A stretch of DNA of 64,000 nt from Xylographa opegraphella (taxonomy: Eukaryota). Made by a program: the position numbers and the translations under genes. The notes under the pieces were generated by a model. It saw only the letters and a list, made by a program, of their open reading frames with translations, made no database searches and was not told the DNA's origin. This document shows positions 26,133-38,858 of the stretch, in pieces. Location: positions 558,001-622,000 of the forward strand of contig JALDZX010000005.1 in NCBI GenBank assembly GCA_022813865.1, given 5' to 3'. How positions within the stretch are numbered: position 1 is the stretch's first letter; each line of letters begins with the position of its first letter.

Positions 26133-29100
26133 CTAAACGTCGGTCATCACCGCATCGTCCTGAAGAACGTCATCCGCAGGTCCCCAGTTGCCTTCGTAGA
26201 TTGTCGCACCTGATCTCCGTCGAGAAAAGGCCCATCGGACACCCGCAGTCGCAAGTATTTGACGCACCACTGGCCGGTTGCTAGGCTGTGGAGATATCAT
26301 CCACCGTACTACCTTATCTAATGCCTCGTCATGCTGTGAATCAATCATGAATGCTGGCGGGGTTGAGAGCTCCCCACAGCGCAACAACTGGAAGTCTGGC
26401 TTTCCAGCAATTTGAGTGTTTGCAAATCCGCCAGGAACATGTGGGGATCCAGGTCCATCAGAGCCATGGCTTAGATCACAAATATCCTCGAAAGACTCTT
26501 CAGGGGACAATGGCTTTCCAGACGAATCCCGCAAAACATTGCTCGCTTCGGAACTCGATGTAAGACTAGGGACATCACTCATATCACCAGACCGTAGTCG
26601 CTGCCAGGAAGCACCGTTGTCCGGCAGCATGACGTTACCAGCAATCTCGAGCATAATCAGACCGAGCGCGAAAATGTCGGCAGGTTTGTCGTATTGACCC
26701 ATCAAGATTTCAGGTCCGATGTATTCACGGTCCCCTTCGCCCTCAATACCCGGCGGAGCTGGCCATGATGTAGCCATCCCAAAATCGCCGATCTTGAGGA
26801 CGCCCTCGAAGGTGATGAGTACATTCGCCGGTTTGAGGTCTAGATGTATAAAGCCGCTGTCGTGAATGTGTTTCAGACCCTTCAATACAATCAGAATATC
26901 GCTCCACTTCATACGAATATGAACTTACCAAAGATAATTCCAGCATGATCTTCCAGATCCGGAAGTCGTCGAGCCTCGCTTTTCGTCCAACTTGGTCGAG
27001 GAACAGATCCATGCTTCCTTCCTCACAGTATTCCGTCTGAATGTAAAGATGATCTTTGTTCTCCCAACTGTCAATAAGCTCAACTGTATGATCCGAACGA
27101 CCAAGTGCCTTAAGTACTTGCACTTCCTGAAGTTTGCGCTTTCGATCCTTTGGGCCTATGAAAGCTTGACGGGTCTTCTTCACAGCCCAAACCAGCTCTA
27201 GTGATGATGTCCGTGGAGAGCTCGGTGCAACCGGCACGTTGAAGTAATTTTGTGCGGACTTCAGTTCGGGCATTTTTGTAACACGGAAGACTTGCGAGAA
27301 CTCGCCTGTGCCGATGATCTCCACTTTGCTAAATCTTGACAATAGGCTCGTATCAAATTCTGCCGGAGCAGTGTTGTGTAACGGAGTCATGCTTGCACGA
27401 CTCTTACCAAAACGAGGCATCTGATCTCTTGATGTAGTCGGCGTGGCTGGAAGAAAAACCGAACTGCCATAGCTTGTTCCGTCAACATTTTGAACGACGT
27501 TACCATCTCCTCGACCAGAGATGGATAGACCACTAGGATCAGGAGGAAGAATGCTTCCTTGCGGAGTGCGAGGCGATCTCTGCTCGGCTGCACTGAAAAG
27601 TGGACTTGCTGGTGATAGAGGACTTGGCTTAGTGTTTATTTTCCTTATATGTATAGAGGGGACAGAATGAGAAAATCTGGACAATGGAGTAGGAGACCGA
27701 GAATGTCTCAGGAGATGGGGACGATTAGAAAAAGAAGATATGGCGTTCAAGCTTCGGAAGCGCAATGTAGTCGACGGAGATCCCTCCATCACGCCATCAT
27801 TGTCTCCCTCCGCACTTCCGCCTGGACTATGAGTTGGAGTTGACTTACAGCATTGTTTTGGTCGAGGTGATTCAAGATCCAAAGGTTCTGTAACTTCATC
27901 ATTTCGCGAAGTGTGGGGTCCGTACACGGTTAGTCCACTGCTCTCCCAAGCAATCCCACCTGGTGTTGACGTAAATGGCTGTTTGGTGGGAGTCGGAGGT
28001 ATCTCCACATCAATGCTAGATTGACTGTTTAGATTTCCAGACGAGGGAGCAAAATTCTCCTCCCCGTCCCCACCAAGAAAGCTGCCCCTTCGATTGAGAC
28101 TACTGCTACCAAAGCTACTACCAAAGATACTGACACCTTTGGGAAAAGAACCCAATGAGGGACGCGAGTGATGCGGGTTGAAAGGCGTGGAAGGCGTCCC
28201 AAAAGAATGCAGAGACTGGTGTCCTTGTCGTGGCTTGTTGGCTGCACTATCAGGAGCAGCGATAGTGGCAACAGAAGCTAAGCTCACTGGCCTCTTACAT
28301 GGTGTATCGGGCATACTTGTGACACTTGCGTGCAAATCCAAATGCTCTGGATTCATGTCTTTATTTCGCTTCGATATAAGGCCTGTTGACATAAAAGCAG
28401 CTGGTAGTGGTCTTGCCAGCTTGTAGTTTTCCGGCGTTGCAAATGAAGTCCCCGAGGACGAGGTTCGATCTGAGGATTCACGAGCAACAGGCTCCCTTGC
28501 AATTGGTCGTGCGATCCCGATAGGCAAAGACTTCGTAAACTCAAGAGTCGGTCTTTTAGACTCCGGATAGCGGGGAGGAATATGAGTAGGAGAATCTTCG
28601 GCAAGACTTGAATTCGAAGAAGATTGTGTAATTGTACGTGAGAGAGGATGTCGTGGGACCACAGTGCCTATAACTGGAGGCTCGGTGCGTTTATGTGAGA
28701 TCGGGTGCACCGAAGCACTCGGAAGAACCCCTTGAGATACAAATGGACTCTCGCGAGCCACCTGGGGGAAAACGTGGTCCAAGGACATCCGTGGCCGACT
28801 TCTCGAACCTGTCTGACCAGGAGTTGTCAATACACGTGTAAGATCGGTATTGGGCTTCAGTCTTCCTAGAATCGGCTTCTCGTAGCGTTGCTGTAGTGTT
28901 GTTTTGCGCAATGACGATGTCCGTTTCGACAAGAAGTTGGTGTGCTCATAGGATGTTTGAGCATCAGGAAACGAGCCATTATCAACACCTGGAACTTGTG
29001 CCTTAGGGTGAGGTTGCAAAGCAGCTTCGTGGTCGAATATGTCGAAATCTGGACCAAACGAGGCGCCATGAAGACTTCTCCGCTTTGCTGAAGGGCTTTC

Positions 29101-29766
29101 CAAACTCGCCAAATCGAAATTCATGATCCCATCGCTGCGCTTAAGCGGACTCGACTTCCCTGTGCAGCTAGCCAAGTAACCCGAGACTTTCTCTCTTTTA
29201 GTAAGCGCGTGATATGGGGACAAAAGATCTTCAGAAATCCCAGCTTCTGTGAATGTCTTCCACATTTCGGCTTTGTCCTCTGGACTTCCCAGTGGTGTCA
29301 CGTTTTCATCACCGATTCCAGAAGAACTGGAAGTCGCTTGATTCGCATTTCCGTTATCTGTAGAGTTACTCAGACATCTCTTTGCTGGACTCTTTTGAGA
29401 ACTCGAGATGCGCGAGATTGGTCTCGGTGGACTGAATTTACGCGCACTTGATCGACTTCTTCTGGCGCTGGGAGGGAACGGTGTTGCAAGGGGTGATGGG
29501 GATATGACACTAGAGTTAGATAGTAGGCTTGCGCTACCTGCGCGTCTTTGAGGTGACAACGGTGATGGCGATAGAGGAGAGCCTGGCGATGGAGATGTGG
29601 ATTTCGAAGTTACCAGGCGAAAAGTCGGGCCTTTCGAAGGCGACCGAGAAAGGGAGCGTCGAAGCTGAGCCAGAGCAGAGTTTGAGTCAACATGATGGAT
29701 GTGTGTCGGAGACGGAAAGTGTAGAGTGCCTCCAGCCTCTCGATGTGGGGAAAATGCGACCACCAT
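26133..29766 (-). CDS. wee1: Wee1/Swe1 mitosis-inhibitor kinase (AnkA-like)
   Basis: Long S/P-rich N-terminus with LARPLPAAFMSTGLISK; kinase motifs IGTGEFS, IHLDLKPAN, DFG and EGDREYIGPE (Wee1-type); intron ~26928-26880. Confidence 0.95.
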
Positions 29767-31852
29767 GATATAATGTCGGTGCTGTGGACCGAAGAGCGCA
29801 GTGTTGAGAATTCCACTCTTCGTCAGAAAAAACCTTGGAGATGCAAGTCTTGCTCAGCATAGATGCATCACTCAAAGTGTCTTCAGCGCGCAAACAAATA
29901 TCGACCCGGCGCATCCGCCGTACGCAAGGACTCTTTGCGCTCGTTTCGTAAGTACACAAGACGTTGGCTGAGCCTATCAGAGGGCGTGTTGCTGATCGTG
30001 AATGGAATGTGTGGTAATCGATAAGTCGACCGTGTTTCCGCGACTGGAATGAGAATCCTAGAAACCCTTTTCTACCCCCTCATCCTCCCACTCACTTCGT
30101 CGTAGAGACAGCTGCAGCGTAGAGAAGATGACGATGCGATGGAGGAGTTCGTGGTGTGGTGATGATTTCCTGTACTGGTGGCAATACGTGGTGGACAAGT
30201 GAATTCGAGTAATGAAAACAACGGAAGCGATCGGCCTTTGAACCTGCAGAGTGTCCGTAACCGAATAGCGTGATTGTGGAAGGACGCTTTGCCGTTGATG
30301 GGGAGGGCTGGTGGTGCTACGTTGTAGAAGTTCTCTGTGTGGTAGTAGTCCGTGTGTGCTTTGTTCGAAGATACGCGTCGACGAGAGCCGAAGTCAACAA
30401 GTTTGCAAATGTAAACGTGGCGCCGAGCTATGCTGAATTGGATACTAGCTTGCAGAAATCGCGCCAGGGTTCTTCCGACTAAGGAGGGGTAGTGCACGGG
30501 CCGATCACGGCATCACATGGCCCGAGGAAGCCGAGACGGTGTCCGCAGAGAACAAACGACCATCTTCTAATGAGGTCTTGGGTCTTCGATGCGACATACT
30601 TACTACTACCTATCAAACCTTTCTGCCGCACAAGTGTGTGTATGCGGTTCTCTTCTGGTTCTCTGCGTTTGCGTGCGCTCGTTTGCCCGGTAGACCGCCA
30701 TACCACAGAGTCATTTGTAACGAGTATGTATAGAAGTGACACTTTTGGTGGTGTTGCTGGTGATTGGATATCACGACACCCAAAGATATAGGTGGTTGGG
30801 ACACGAGAGACTTCTGTAGGTGTATTGTTGTCAACCTACCTCGTTGGCAAGATTGATGTGTTTCGCGCAGCAAGCTGCCTTTCTGCTGCGTGGTAGTAAC
30901 CAGAGCAACCATATAAGGACACTGGCTACGGGTCTACATATCTCGCACCTATATATCTTACCCCCAACTTATACATATATCAAAGTGACGAGAACGGCGT
31001 ACATTGGTGCCAGAGGCTGCATTGCGGTGCACGAGTACGTAGTAGCCATGGTGGTTGTTGTTTCCGGCGGCCACCACTAGGACAATCAAGTCACGACGAA
31101 CGGTAGTATATGATACCCGCTGGCAGTATCGACAGGGCCCTGTGAGTCACTTGGAGCAAACCGTCAGGCACCGCGGTATGTCAGTCAGTAGTAGGCCCGT
31201 CAGTCAGCTTTCGTACACACCCTCTCGAAAATGATGACGATGCTGTCAGGCGAAAGTGCTTGCCGGAAAGCAGTGTGATTGGCTCCCTGCTCGGCTTCTG
31301 CAAAACCACCCGATCTGATTGGCCACTTCCAAGGTTTGCCAGTGGCTGGCTGACTTCTGACGGTATTGACTTGTCGTTCTGTCACTCACTTCCCCCCGTG
31401 CCTGTTTCCCGTCTTTCCCCCGTCCATACAATCCACCCCCCCCGCACCTCCTAAATCAACCCCCCAACGCCCCAGCAAAGCACGTATTTGATTACCGACA
31501 TTCGCACTTGTTTTGTTAGTTCCACAGCATCTGCTCATAGTACAAGTACAACTCAGCCCCGATCTCATCGGTCTCGTCACTCGACGCCACGGCCCTTGCC
31601 TTGTGCCACATCAACATCAATACTGCGGCCCGGCAGGCACGGCGTGTCCCCTCTGTGCTTCGTCCAAATCTCAGCTTGCGCTGAACGGACGGTGGAGACT
31701 TCACAACACTTCACTTCGTTCAGGGACCTCCACTCTCGACACGTCACGGCCTAGCGTTCCAGCATGTTCACCTCTCGGCTCATGACGGATGGCTTTGTGG
31801 CCTAACGTCCAACGGCCATACGAGCCTGGCCCTGGCCAAGCATCAAAGAGCG

Positions 31853-34816
31853 ATGGCTTCCTCCGCAGAAACCGACGCCGTGACTGGCGATGAGCCCACC
31901 CCACACAAAATGTCTCAGAACGGAAGAATTGGTTCAGGTACAGACAATGCCCATCGTTCGTCGCCATCCTCTCAACCGTTGCAAAGGGCATCAACCACTC
32001 CACTTCCCACGCCCACGCTGTCTGCCACAACATCGCCTCGGACCTCACGAGATCCGTCGCCGACCCGGGCACTGCCGAAAACTGCTTTATCCAGCGCAGT
32101 CAACCTGGCTCGGTCGAGGAAGAACAGCCAAGATTTGAGCCCGCATCGTGCGTCCAATGCGGCGGGGCTTGGTGCACCCGGTGTCCCATCCGCGGCAGCA
32201 ATTCAACGAGCGCTCTCCGCGACTGGCATCCCACCGCTGCCTCCTTCAGCGACGCCAGAACTGTTGATTGATACCCCTCGACCGCAGAAATCTAGCAAGA
32301 CTCCCATCGGGGTGACGGGCTTGTCGAGGGCGTCCATTCCGCCCAGGCTCAAATCGCCTCCCATATCACTATCGACCACACCCAATCGATCGTCCATATA
32401 CTCCCCACGAAGATCAGACCATGTTCCTCTTACTCCAAGCATAACCGTTGATCGCCCGACACCCACGTCTGCTTCGTCCCTTGAATGCAACGCCGAAGAC
32501 ACCGAAAACGTACCACGGTCCGGTATGCGGACTCCTGTCAAGGGAGTTGTGGGGAGCGGTACATTGGAGACCGTACAAGAAGGAAGTCTCCCGAAACACG
32601 ATCCTGGTGCCATTGATGCCGCCAGTAAGGTCAGCGACAAGGAACATCCGCCGACTGCCGAAGAAAGTGGGTTGGAACATTCGTCGACGAGGACATCAAA
32701 CACCCTCCCGGAGAGTGGCAGTGAAAGTGGCGGGACCAAGACTGCGCGCTCCAAAAACGAAAGCAGAGATGGGAGAGCGCCTTTAGTCAGTCACGCTAAA
32801 GCTAGGCCAGCAACTGTGAACGCGAAGAAGTCGTTCACCCAGCTCAATTCAACAAAAGCCAAGATTGCTAGTGAGGGGTCGGCCAGAAACATGACGGTGG
32901 AGACCGAGACGGTAAGCTCGGTGCCTCAGGTCGCTGTGGGAGGTGGGGCAGGCGATCGTGGGGTGCCTGGACGGACGGATGCCAGTGGCAGTATTCGTTT
33001 GAAGCCAAGCACCGAGACTATCCGACCGAAGAAAGAAAAGAAAAGAACTGCAAGGAAGACGCCTTCGATCAATTCAGGCACCGGTGGGTCATCTAGACGC
33101 TTTCATCATCATCATATCCATGCGAGAGCGCCCTTTCTCGGGGCCACAACTCCAGAACCTGCTCCATCCCTTGATTTTCGCTACGTATCAGACCAGTTTC
33201 ATTATTCTACCGCCTCTGGGCCGGTTTCTCGCCGTGGACTGCTTACGCAGCCTACAGACTTGGAGCCGAGCTTACACGGTCCCCTCGTAAATGGAAGACA
33301 TTCAAGTACAGTACTGACAAGCTTTCGTGGCCGGACAGCATCGTCCAAAGCAGATATATTCGAGGCAAAAGTTGCCAGTGCCGTTGACGAAGCCAATTCG
33401 TCCGATTCGGAAGAGACTTTCGTCTATGAGTCGAACCCCCCCGAACCTCTTTCAGCACGTCCCAACCGATACCACTCGAGAACTCCGAGTGCTACATCGA
33501 TGGCAAGTCAGGTCGATCATCACGGGAATAGGTTTCGACAAGATGGTCATCACAGTATCACCGGTAAGAAAAGTATGAAATTTGCTAATCATCCTAACTA
33601 TCCGCATGGGGACTCTACGGAGGGGGGGCGAAACGGCACACTCGGTAGCGGACGGAGCTCAGGGGGAAATCCATCACATCATCACCACATTGGACGTTAT
33701 GGGAGAGGCACCGCAGGACATACTTCCTTGTTCGACAACGAGTCTCCATTTCCGAATGCCGCGAAGCCCCTTCGCACGTCCGGAGGCAATGGAAATCGGA
33801 ATTCTCCCCACCCGACCACCCCACGCTCTCCGCATCCTCACCGGGCGCCTGGATTTAGCAAGTCGAATGTCCCACTCGCATATGATCTAGAAGGAGAGGG
33901 TGCTGACGATGAGCGGATGCCTCTGATTGGTTCTGTTCGATCGGGACGGACCCGTAACAGTCGGCGACCACCAAACCGCTGGGATGCACGTGACGATGTC
34001 ACGTCCACCGGTTTCTGCAAAAGACTTAGTGGTTACATCGCCCTAGCAATCATGGCGGGACTGCTCGTTACGACTATCGTCGTGGCGCTCATCTTGTGCT
34101 CCAAACCGCTATTTGAAGTTCACATTAAAGAAATCATGAGCGTCATCGCGTCGGAGCAGGAGCTCATGTTCGATCTCCACGTACATGCCGTCAATCCAAA
34201 CATTGTCGCAATCCAAGTTACTGAACTCTCCATTGACATATTTGCTAAAAGCAAATACGTTGGAGCATATACACCATGGCAACATGGACGAAAGCAGAAT
34301 GCCACCGTTCTCGAACGCAACTATGGTCGACGTGTGCCGCACGGCTCAAAGTTCGATCAAGATGCATCCTGGATCCAGGATGGTATAGACGAAGGCAATG
34401 ATCCAATTCAAGATCCAGACGGGGATCCACAACTTCAGCTGCTGGGTCGAATTCTGGAATTCGACTCTCCTTTGATATTCGACCCATCGCCACTACGACA
34501 TCGTTCTTTGTCTTCTATTGGGGAAGTTCGCCTTGCCAAGCCTGGGAACCATACTCACGGAGTTTCTCAGTGGTGGGAAAAAGCGATTCAGCATCCGTTT
34601 GAACTTCGCGTCAAGGGGCCAATTTATTATTCATTACCCATCAGCTCCCGGCTCCGGACCGCTACAATCACCGGTAGTGTACTTGTGCAACCCGAATCTC
34701 CTATCGACGACCATGACAGCGAGCCTTCCAGGATTACAAGCCATTCCCGAACAACACATCCTGAAGCTGATGGTCCTCAACTCGGTCCAGGCCGAGGAAT
34801 CAAGTTTTCTGCTTGA
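31853..34816 (+). CDS. VAC7: Vacuolar segregation protein Vac7 (Fab1/PI(3,5)P2 regulator)
   Basis: NMTVETETVSSVPQ, LKPSTETIRPKKEKK, SSKADIFEAKVASAVDEANSSDSEETFVYESNP, a single TM helix, then the luminal ASEQELMFDL...AVNPN...DIFAKS domain. Confidence 0.9.
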   Translation: MASSAETDAVTGDEPTPHKMSQNGRIGSGTDNAHRSSPSSQPLQRASTTPLPTPTLSATTSPRTSRDPSPTRALPKTALSSAVNLARSRKNSQDLSPHRASNAAGLGAPGVPSAAAIQRALSATGIPPLPPSATPELLIDTPRPQKSSKTPIGVTGLSRASIPPRLKSPPISLSTTPNRSSIYSPRRSDHVPLTPSITVDRPTPTSASSLECNAEDTENVPRSGMRTPVKGVVGSGTLETVQEGSLPKHDPGAIDAASKVSDKEHPPTAEESGLEHSSTRTSNTLPESGSESGGTKTARSKNESRDGRAPLVSHAKARPATVNAKKSFTQLNSTKAKIASEGSARNMTVETETVSSVPQVAVGGGAGDRGVPGRTDASGSIRLKPSTETIRPKKEKKRTARKTPSINSGTGGSSRRFHHHHIHARAPFLGATTPEPAPSLDFRYVSDQFHYSTASGPVSRRGLLTQPTDLEPSLHGPLVNGRHSSTVLTSFRGRTASSKADIFEAKVASAVDEANSSDSEETFVYESNPPEPLSARPNRYHSRTPSATSMASQVDHHGNRFRQDGHHSITGKKSMKFANHPNYPHGDSTEGGRNGTLGSGRSSGGNPSHHHHIGRYGRGTAGHTSLFDNESPFPNAAKPLRTSGGNGNRNSPHPTTPRSPHPHRAPGFSKSNVPLAYDLEGEGADDERMPLIGSVRSGRTRNSRRPPNRWDARDDVTSTGFCKRLSGYIALAIMAGLLVTTIVVALILCSKPLFEVHIKEIMSVIASEQELMFDLHVHAVNPNIVAIQVTELSIDIFAKSKYVGAYTPWQHGRKQNATVLERNYGRRVPHGSKFDQDASWIQDGIDEGNDPIQDPDGDPQLQLLGRILEFDSPLIFDPSPLRHRSLSSIGEVRLAKPGNHTHGVSQWWEKAIQHPFELRVKGPIYYSLPISSRLRTATITGSVLVQPESPIDDHDSEPSRITSHSRTTHPEADGPQLGPGRGIKFSA

Positions 34817-36026
34817 GGGCACCCTGACACGGTTTGCTTCACTTATGATTTTTGTCCGACTTATTGTACATAGGGGAATGAGAAGTGTGCTAGGTGTATT
34901 GGATTCAATTGCGATGGCTTGCCATTATGGCAGATGGTTGGTTGGAACGGTGGTTCTGAAAAGCAAAGCATGCAGCGAAGATACCCCATACAGACTCGAT
35001 TCGAACAGCCGAAAGGGCTGCATCATTCGCCCTTTTTATGATATTATACTTATTGTACATACACGGGCTTAAATCAAAGTAGACCAAGAAAGCCCTTTCA
35101 GACTTAATATGCGCGCTGAGTGAGACATACTGGGAACTTCGTGGAATGTATCAGCTCATCGGCAACGTGCAGCAAACTGACTGGAAACACGCATGTTGTT
35201 CGACGCACTTATGCGCAATGTTTTTGAGGCATGGAACACGTATTAGATCTGGTCGAGAAACACAAGGCTCTCTAGGCGCGAAGCAACACGGAGGATTAAG
35301 GAATGGCATCCAATGGAGTGACTTGACTGCCTGCATATTCCATATCGTGTGTAGTAGGTATCCTAGCACTCGCGAATAGCAAAGTTTGTTGGAACAGTAC
35401 GAGTGATTGTTCTAGACTTCGACTTGGATCGGCCACTCTTTCGGCTCAAAGAATGACACAACTCAGACAACGACTAACATAGTACCATGCGGATGTCACG
35501 CACAATTCTTGCCATCCAGAAGCACTGTCGCTGCGTGGAGTTGGAGTTGGGGCCCTCAACAGCTGATCAGTGGCTGCCGAGACCGCCAAGCAATGCGTAA
35601 TCCTTCCGAAAACCCAACCTAAACCCCATAAGGCTGCCACACTCCAACCGTCCTCATAACCTCCTCGTTCTCACTTTTTCTCCTTCTCTCCAAACAAGAC
35701 CTGAGACAGTCAGAACCGAGTACTAATATCGAGGACTTCACATCATTACTCTTCATTCTAATTTTGACGCTTCAAGGGAGACTTCCGATCGTCGCTGTGC
35801 CTCCGTGGCGCCATCGCAATTAGCCTGACTACAAGGCAGACTTGGTAGCGTGCGAGTGGATTGCTACCTTACCGTGTGACAAGGCTAACGTCTTTCACTC
35901 TCATCCTCACTCATCCTCACTCAGCCTCAATATCCTGCCGAGTTGATCTCAGCAGCATCTCACTTCCCTTTCCTCGACACACCCGCTCGAGTCCTTACTT
36001 GACCAATATCAACAAGCCTTTTCGTC

Positions 36027-38858
36027 ATGTCAGCCAGAGGTGGTTGGGACGAGCGATCGTCTTACCGCGAAGCTCCCCAGCGATACACCACAGTCAAACA
36101 ATATCGGATCCCACGACAAGACGATGTAGAGGAGAAAGTTAGCATCTACGAAACGGATCGAAGATCATCCGGACGAGGATCAGGATTCGAGGAAACGAGA
36201 ATTGTGCGCAGAGAAAGGGATCACACTCCAGAGTCAAGAATGGAAAGCCGATACGAGCGGGCTCCGGAGCCTCGCCGTTTCGAGCGAGAGTACAGATACG
36301 AACGTGACGTTGAGCGTTCAGCACCCCGCCGCGACCCTTACGAGCTCGACCGCTATACTAGGACAACAGAGTATTTCCCTCCGGCTCCACGAGCACCGGT
36401 AGTGGTACCAGTCCCACTTCCACGCGAGGAGGAAGACTATCAACTTATCAGGCGCTCGGAAGTCATAGATGATCGTCAGCAACTCGTGCGCCGTGAGCCT
36501 CCGCGTGAGGAAGAAGATTACTACTACGAACGACGTGTGAGAGAAGTGGAAGGGGACAGACATGAAGACGAGTATCGCAGTCGTCGAGGTCGCTCGAACG
36601 AGTCAACGTCGAGACGGGATTACAGTAGCGATGACAGCATCGTATATGTGAAAAGGGAAACCCGTGAAGAACGCGGAGGAAGTCCTCACCACAAACGCCA
36701 TCTTGCTGAAGGTATTGTCGCCGGTGTTGGAGCTGCGGAATTAATTCGGCACCATCGAAGAAAATCAGGCGATGAGCTCGACAGCCGTGGTTCACGCCTT
36801 GGTAAAGATTTGGCTGCTGGAGCCGTAGGCGCTGTTGGTGCAGAGGTCATTTCTCGCGTCAGGAGCCGTCATCGGAGCAAGAGTCGCCATGGCTCTCCGG
36901 ATCGAGGCCGGCATGGCCGTCGCGAGAGGGAACATCGCAGTAGATCTAGATCCCGCGTCAAGCAACTAGCCATCCTTGGTCTTGGTGCTGCGGGTGTCGC
37001 CGCTGCTGTCGGGTATGCAAGGCATAAGAACAATAAAGAGAAGGGCAAGCCGGAGAGTAGACAGAGCAGGTCCCGTACTCGCCGCAACTCAACCTCTGCC
37101 GTGCCTGATGATGGTCCACGAAATCCAGGGCATCGCAACACACGTATGGCGCAAGCTGGTTTGGCTGGAGCTGCTATTGCCGGACTCGTGGAACGTGCAC
37201 GCAGCAAGTCCAGAGGTGGCAGATCACAATCGCGCAGCAAGATCCGTCAGGGGATTCCTATTGCTGCTGCTGGTTTAGGTAGCGCCGCAATTGCTGGTCT
37301 GTACGAGAGAAGGAAAGCCAACCAGAAAGAAGAGCAAGTTCGCGAAGCCGCCGAAACAGTTGAAAGGAAGCGATCACGCTCAAGGTCAAGATCGACGCTA
37401 CCATACGATGGTCCTCGGGGTGCCTCTGCGAGCGACCCAGGACTTATCGAATATGGTGAAGCGCCAGTATATAGTAATGGAGGAATCCCCGACTATTACA
37501 ATCGTCCAGCCAGCCAGGCAGGATATTATCAACCTCCAATGGATCCCGCAATGGCACCTGCGGCTGCCGCAGGAGCATATGGTGCTACCCGGGTAACCGA
37601 AGTGAGGGAACGAGTTCGCGATACAAGCAGGGATAGAGACAGGGATAGGGATGGTGATCGCAGACGCGAGTACAGCTCCGAAAGCGATGACGGCGAACGT
37701 CGTCGGAGACATAGACGCAGAAAGAGTGGCGACGGTGGCAAGAGTCGAAGCCAGAGCCGTACGCGAGAATTTGCTACTGCTGGCCTTGCGGCTGGAGCTG
37801 CAGCTATTGGGGCTACGCAGTATCAAAAGAGAAAGGAACGCAAAAGGGCAGAAGAAAGAGAGCGTGAGCGTATGTTATGGAGTGTTTTCTCAATAGACTT
37901 GAAACTAACATGTCGATAGAACACGAAGCTGACCATCAGGGTTATGAGGGAGGACCCTACTCCCCAGGACCTTACTCTCCTATATCGCCAGGCGCGCCCC
38001 CACCACCTCTCGCCGCCCCCGAGTATCACCCGGAGGCCTACTATCCTGCCACGAATCAGTTCCCCCCACCACCAAATGCAGGGTATTCGCCTCAGCCGGC
38101 CTACAACCCTGCCGAATATGCTCCACCAAATGCTCAAGCTCATCCTGCGTACGGTTATCCGCCCCAGGAAGGATACACTCCTCCGCAAGGGCCTTACTCT
38201 CCTTTACCGGGTGATCCGTATGCACAGGCACCGGCTGCCCATGGTGGAAGGCGGGGGGAAGAGAATGTGAGTGCTGAGCCATACCTCAACACCACCTACA
38301 CTGGCCCTCCCCCCGACCCACGCCATGTTGCGGGTGGGTGATCCTCACTCTGCATTAACAAGCCTGCATATTCCAATTCTAATACCCATCTGACTAGGTC
38401 TGAACACTCCCCGCGGCCCTTCGTCCAAGGCTCACGAACGTGCCACCTCGCAGCCCGGACCCAATAAATCCGTCCAGTTTGATATCGACCAAAACTCAAG
38501 CAATGGGTCTCCGGACCAAAACCGCCATCATCGTCGTCGCAACAATCGAGACGACTACGACTCCTATGACAGCGAAGGCTCCATCGATCGCGGCCATCGC
38601 AACAACAGGCGATCGCGGCCCCGCCACAATGAGCCGCGCACCCCTTCACCGGCTCATTCCGACGAGACAATCGACCTTCCTCCACGCTTTGACGAAAACG
38701 GCCGGAAGATGCCAGAAAGAGGCGATGATCCTATTGCGGACAAGATCGAGGAGTTTTTGGCGGGGAAAGGCTCTGCGGGGAAGCTGTTCAAGAACCTGAC
38801 GGACGGGCTGCTGGGGGGTGGGTCCAAGGAGAGTGATCGGGATCGGAGGCGCAGATGA
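36027..38858 (+). CDS. DUF3824-like Arg/Ser-rich, Gly/Ala-repeat and Pro/Tyr-rich protein, 3 exons, probable alternative C-termini
   Basis: Repeated AGLAGAAIAGL segments between RSRSRS tracts; intron ~37871-37919; PY-rich exon; last intron 38334-38397 leads to ...KSVQFD...IDLPPRFDENGR...*. Confidence 0.75.

Noticed and set aside
29767..31852. Short ORFs in the wee1-vac7 divergent gap as genes or uORFs
   Set aside because: Many overlapping ORFs under 145 aa on both strands with no coding signature; cannot be supported without TSS or ribosome-profiling data.
36800..37760. RS/RD and AGxxAG repeats as a tandem array or CRISPR-like structure
   Set aside because: Protein-level low-complexity repeats inside a eukaryotic CDS; no constant DNA repeat-spacer units.
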